Part shown: in pieces, positions 60,101 to 64,000 of the stretch
Numbering within the stretch: the first letter of the stretch is position 1
Layout of the letters: the number at the start of each line of letters is the position of its first letter
NCBI GenBank assembly: GCA_037379345.1
Contig: CM074513.1
Span: 1,116,001-1,180,000 of the forward strand
Direction: 5' to 3'
Length of the DNA stretch: 64,000 nucleotides
Source of the DNA: Perna viridis
Lineage: Eukaryota
The notes under the pieces: model-generated
What the model was told of the DNA's origin: nothing
Database searches by the model: none
Seen by the model: the letters and a program-made list of their open reading frames with translations, nothing else
Made by a program: the position numbers and the translations under genes

Positions 60101-63100
60101 ACATGATAGTTTTGGATGTCTGGCAATGAGAAGTTGAACTAGCTAGTGATTCTAGTCTAGTCATCAATCTATGCCTGGACCAATAAAATGTTCCATATTT
60201 TATGCAGACCCAAATCTTGAAAAGCCTATAATAGGACAATGTTTGAGTTTGTAAAACAGCTAAAAATAGTAAAAAACAGAGATTATAAATCTAGTCTAGC
60301 AAAAACAAGTCATGATAATATCCAGAATATTCAGTTCAAAGAGGCAAGACCATCAGACATATTTCATGAATACCCTCATTCCCACATCAGAGATTATGGT
60401 GATGATATAAACAAGAATCTATCTATCTTATCACTTCAGAATAAGTTTTGTCTACAGCGAGCTGATGCCAGATAATTATTCTTTCTACTTGTTCAATAGA
60501 AATGTAAAACCACAAGAAAAACAAAGTGCTGCCAAAGTACAAGATAGCGGTATGCCACAAAGAGATTCCTGCTGATGGTAGGGTCAAAATAATTGATGAC
60601 CTTTATTTTGTTTACAAAATTGCTTTCTGCAACATTTTGTATCATTCAGGTTACAGACCACCAATTCAACCAATGAGCATTTGGAACGTACGCAAAAATA
60701 GTCCTACGCAGAAATTACCCCTATTCCTCATCGTGCTGTGAAAAAAGTTCTCATCTTATTTAAAAAATTCAAACAGTTTCTGAAAGGAAAAACATTTCTG
60801 TACATTTTATAGGTGCATTTTGGTTCTTGTGATGTGAAGCCTAATCTCCATAATGGTTTCTAAATATACCCCTATTTTGTGAAAACATTGGGATTTCCCA
60901 TGCCATTTATAGACCCTTCACTTCTGGTGACCAGTACTGCACTGCAAGTCTGCTAACCCCACATGCCATTCTGAGGATTGTGAGCTGACATATGTAGAAT
61001 CATGCTGATATATAGTCCTCTGCAGGTTAAAGTTAAGGTAAAGTCCAGAGAAGCCATTGAATATTGTGAAATTAGCATAGAAGCCTATGGGAAGTGGAAT
61101 TAAAGGTTTCTAGCCTTCACATGATGTTCCTTAAAGCTTTGAGTCCCAAAAAGCAGACAGTTCTAGTGAACTGATATAAAAAGGACTACTGAAAAGGATT
61201 AGCATCTACTCTGACAGAACACTTAAGACTACCTTAAATTACCTATTGCCATATCAATAGGCATAGGTACAGCCCATTTTCATACCTAATCTATATGTAT
61301 TGTATATAGTATAGAGAATAATCTTGTGGGGTGCTTATTTCGGTGTATTTTAGAGGTCTTTTTAAAAATGCCAAAATAAATTCAGCAAAATATTTACTAT
61401 GGGCTTAAACACCACTATGCATCTGCCAAAATAAGAAAAGCCAAAAATTTATATATACCTTTTTGTCTTTAAATATCACCAAATTTTACACTCGCCATAA
61501 GGTCAAAGTTCATAACATGGCTTTGGCTGTTAAACAATCAATGGTTAATCTACTTCATTGTTTTGGGATATTTTAACAAACAACATATCATCAGAAAAGT
61601 CAAGATATCAGGAGCACTGTCTGTGTAATGGACAGACAGAAGGAAATAGGGTCAGCCAGACTGGTAGACCGACAAGTGGAAATAGGGTCAGCCAGACTGG
61701 TAGACAGACAAGTAAAAAGCAATACAGCCTTTGCTGAAATGTTTATGTGCTTCTTTAAAAGAAACTGATAAAGTTCCTATAGAACAAACAAGTAAAAGCC
61801 ACAAGAAAAACAAAGGGATGCCAAAAAGACTAGATTATGGTATGACATGACAATTCCAATGATGAATGATTGTAATGTATGGTAGTAAAAATATTTACTG
61901 AATCCTTATTATTGAAGCTTGTAATTATATTCGACAAGAAATCAATCTACATCATTTCTGACAGTATGTTCCTCTTCCTACTGTGAACAAGTCATGTATT
62001 GCTGATAAATACCACATCTTCATAGAAATATCTGTGTTATGAACAGACAGACAGACAAGACAAGACAAAAACAATGTAGACTTCCCTGTAAGAGGAAATA
62101 CATAATTTACAAAAGAAATCTGTTAAACCTCCAACATTAAGTAGAAACACCCATAAAATCAATGAAAAAATTAAGAATCTCCCACATAAAAATATAAGAT
62201 CTGTGGAAGATTATTGGTTAATACTAAACTTTCTGAAAAATACTAAATAATTTTGCACCTCTACATTAAAAACTTGCTTATCCGCAAAAACCTCCCTCAT
62301 CTCCAACATGAACTGTTCAAAAGGTCAGTAGGTATCTATGTAGTAACACACACCTGTATAACTAAAGATACACTTCCTGTAGTGATACAGGTGTACATAA
62401 TACAAGTACACTCCCAGTTAATCTGTACTCTTCAGCTTTTCTTGTTACACAAAAGAAAAATCTCAGAGGCACTAGGCATAAAAATCTGTCAGCAATTTGA
62501 CAGATCCAATTCTAAAATTTGTAGCTAAACTGGATGAATTTTTTATCATATCTTAGCTCCTCGATTCACGCCAAAATTCTCGAAAGATTTAATGTTCTTT
62601 ACTTCTTTTCTAAAAGAGTTATTGTTCTTTATTTCTTGTGATAACTAATTAAATTTTTAAGTGCTACCTGGTGGATAGAACCATTTTGATTCCCGTATGA
62701 CTACAATTCAAGCAAATTCTTAACAAGAAATTCTCCTATCTGTATCCAAGGTTATTTCTTGTGTAGTGAAAATGGCAGAGTAGATCTGATTGCACTACAA
62801 GTACATGTATGTAGTTATCTAAGGAAGAAAGGATGATAAAGTGTACAATTTTCACAACATGTACTTTAGCCACTTGTAGAATACTTTACAGTGAAATAAT
62901 AATTAACATTTCATCATTTAACTTGATAAACGAAGAAATTGTTCATAAAAATAATGTAATTAGAAAATATTTGAAATCTTTCAAAATCTGCAACAAAAGC
63001 ACTTATCCAGATATTGTCTTTCATGTAGATCTCCCATCTCCACTTTTTACTCTTAACTCAAATAAAATTTATTTTAAAATCTTAATTTTCAATCTTTTGC

Positions 63101-64000
63101 AAGACAGTACAACAGAACAAGACAAGTCAAATATTTCTCATCATATTCTTGCATTTTTACATTCCCTACTTAATGCATGTGAGATGACATAATCATTAAA
63201 CCCTGCATAGTAATGTCACATTATTACACAGCCAGCTTTAATAAAAAAAAAATAATACAATAAACTCAAAAACAATTAGTTTTATCCTAAAATGGACAAC
63301 CAAAAAAAACATATTAATAGTTTACAACATTTCAAGCAGATGACAAATTTCTCCTAACCAAAATATTAACATGAATAAAACTGTCTGACTCGATCAATTT
63401 AAACATGTTTACCACAAACACAGTGAAGCATACTAAACCATGTCTCCATGACAATATTTTATACCTTACCCTTGGCCTTTTCCTTTTTCTTTTTCTTTCT
63501 CCCAAACATCATTAAATTCCCTTAATTATTTAGTCCATATCACAACAGAACTGGTACCCAAAAAAGGAAGTGTACATGTCGCTAGTTACAGTAAAATCAA
63601 GATTTATCTGATCTTTGACAGATGATAGTATCTTAAAGGAAGTCTATATCATCTGTAATTCATCAGTTTTTATATATAGTGTATAACCACATATATTATC
63701 ATTGATTTTACGTAGGACTTATTTTTAAATATCGATAAAGACTACACCATATATATGTCTATTCTTAGACCCTTAAAAAATCTGAATAAAAACTATTCAA
63801 ATATGATCAAATTTCTGAAGAACTAACATACCCCTGTGGATAGATATACTTATTATTACACAATATTATGGATGATTTCAATATGCCATTTGTACTACGA
63901 GAATCACCTGTATATATGCACAATCATGTATTTTATTTATCATAAGATTTTTAACCTATTTACAACAAGACATGAAAAACAGATCATTATTTGTTTACAT

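Overview
AT-rich, intron-rich animal DNA. The repeat content (abundant TACATGTA motifs, Helentron/HINE-like elements, TA-flanked MITEs, a mollusc-type SINE tail, a TRIM-NHL relic) suggests a bivalve, probably a mytilid; this is inference. Three protein-coding genes were reconstructed by hand from GT-AG boundaries and phase continuity. (1) A 30-coding-exon + strand vinculin/alpha-catenin (VIN) family gene at 5177-38658, about 1483 aa. It has alpha-catenin-like N and M regions, an extra segment of about 650 aa and a vinculin-like tail. (2) A stand-alone GT47/exostosin glycosyltransferase of about 434 aa at 27552-29848 on the - strand, nested antisense in an intron of gene 1, with motifs most like plant MUR3/XLT2-type xyloglucan galactosyltransferases. 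(3) The 3' part of neuralized (NHR domain plus RING) at 46476-57168 on the - strand, convergent with gene 1; its 5' exons were not found in the window. Also present are a TRIM-NHL pseudogene fragment, Penelope-like RT relics, many MITEs and about 10 minisatellites. Most long ORFs in the supplied track are artefacts of tandem repeats. No prokaryotic features, RNA genes or CRISPR arrays were seen.
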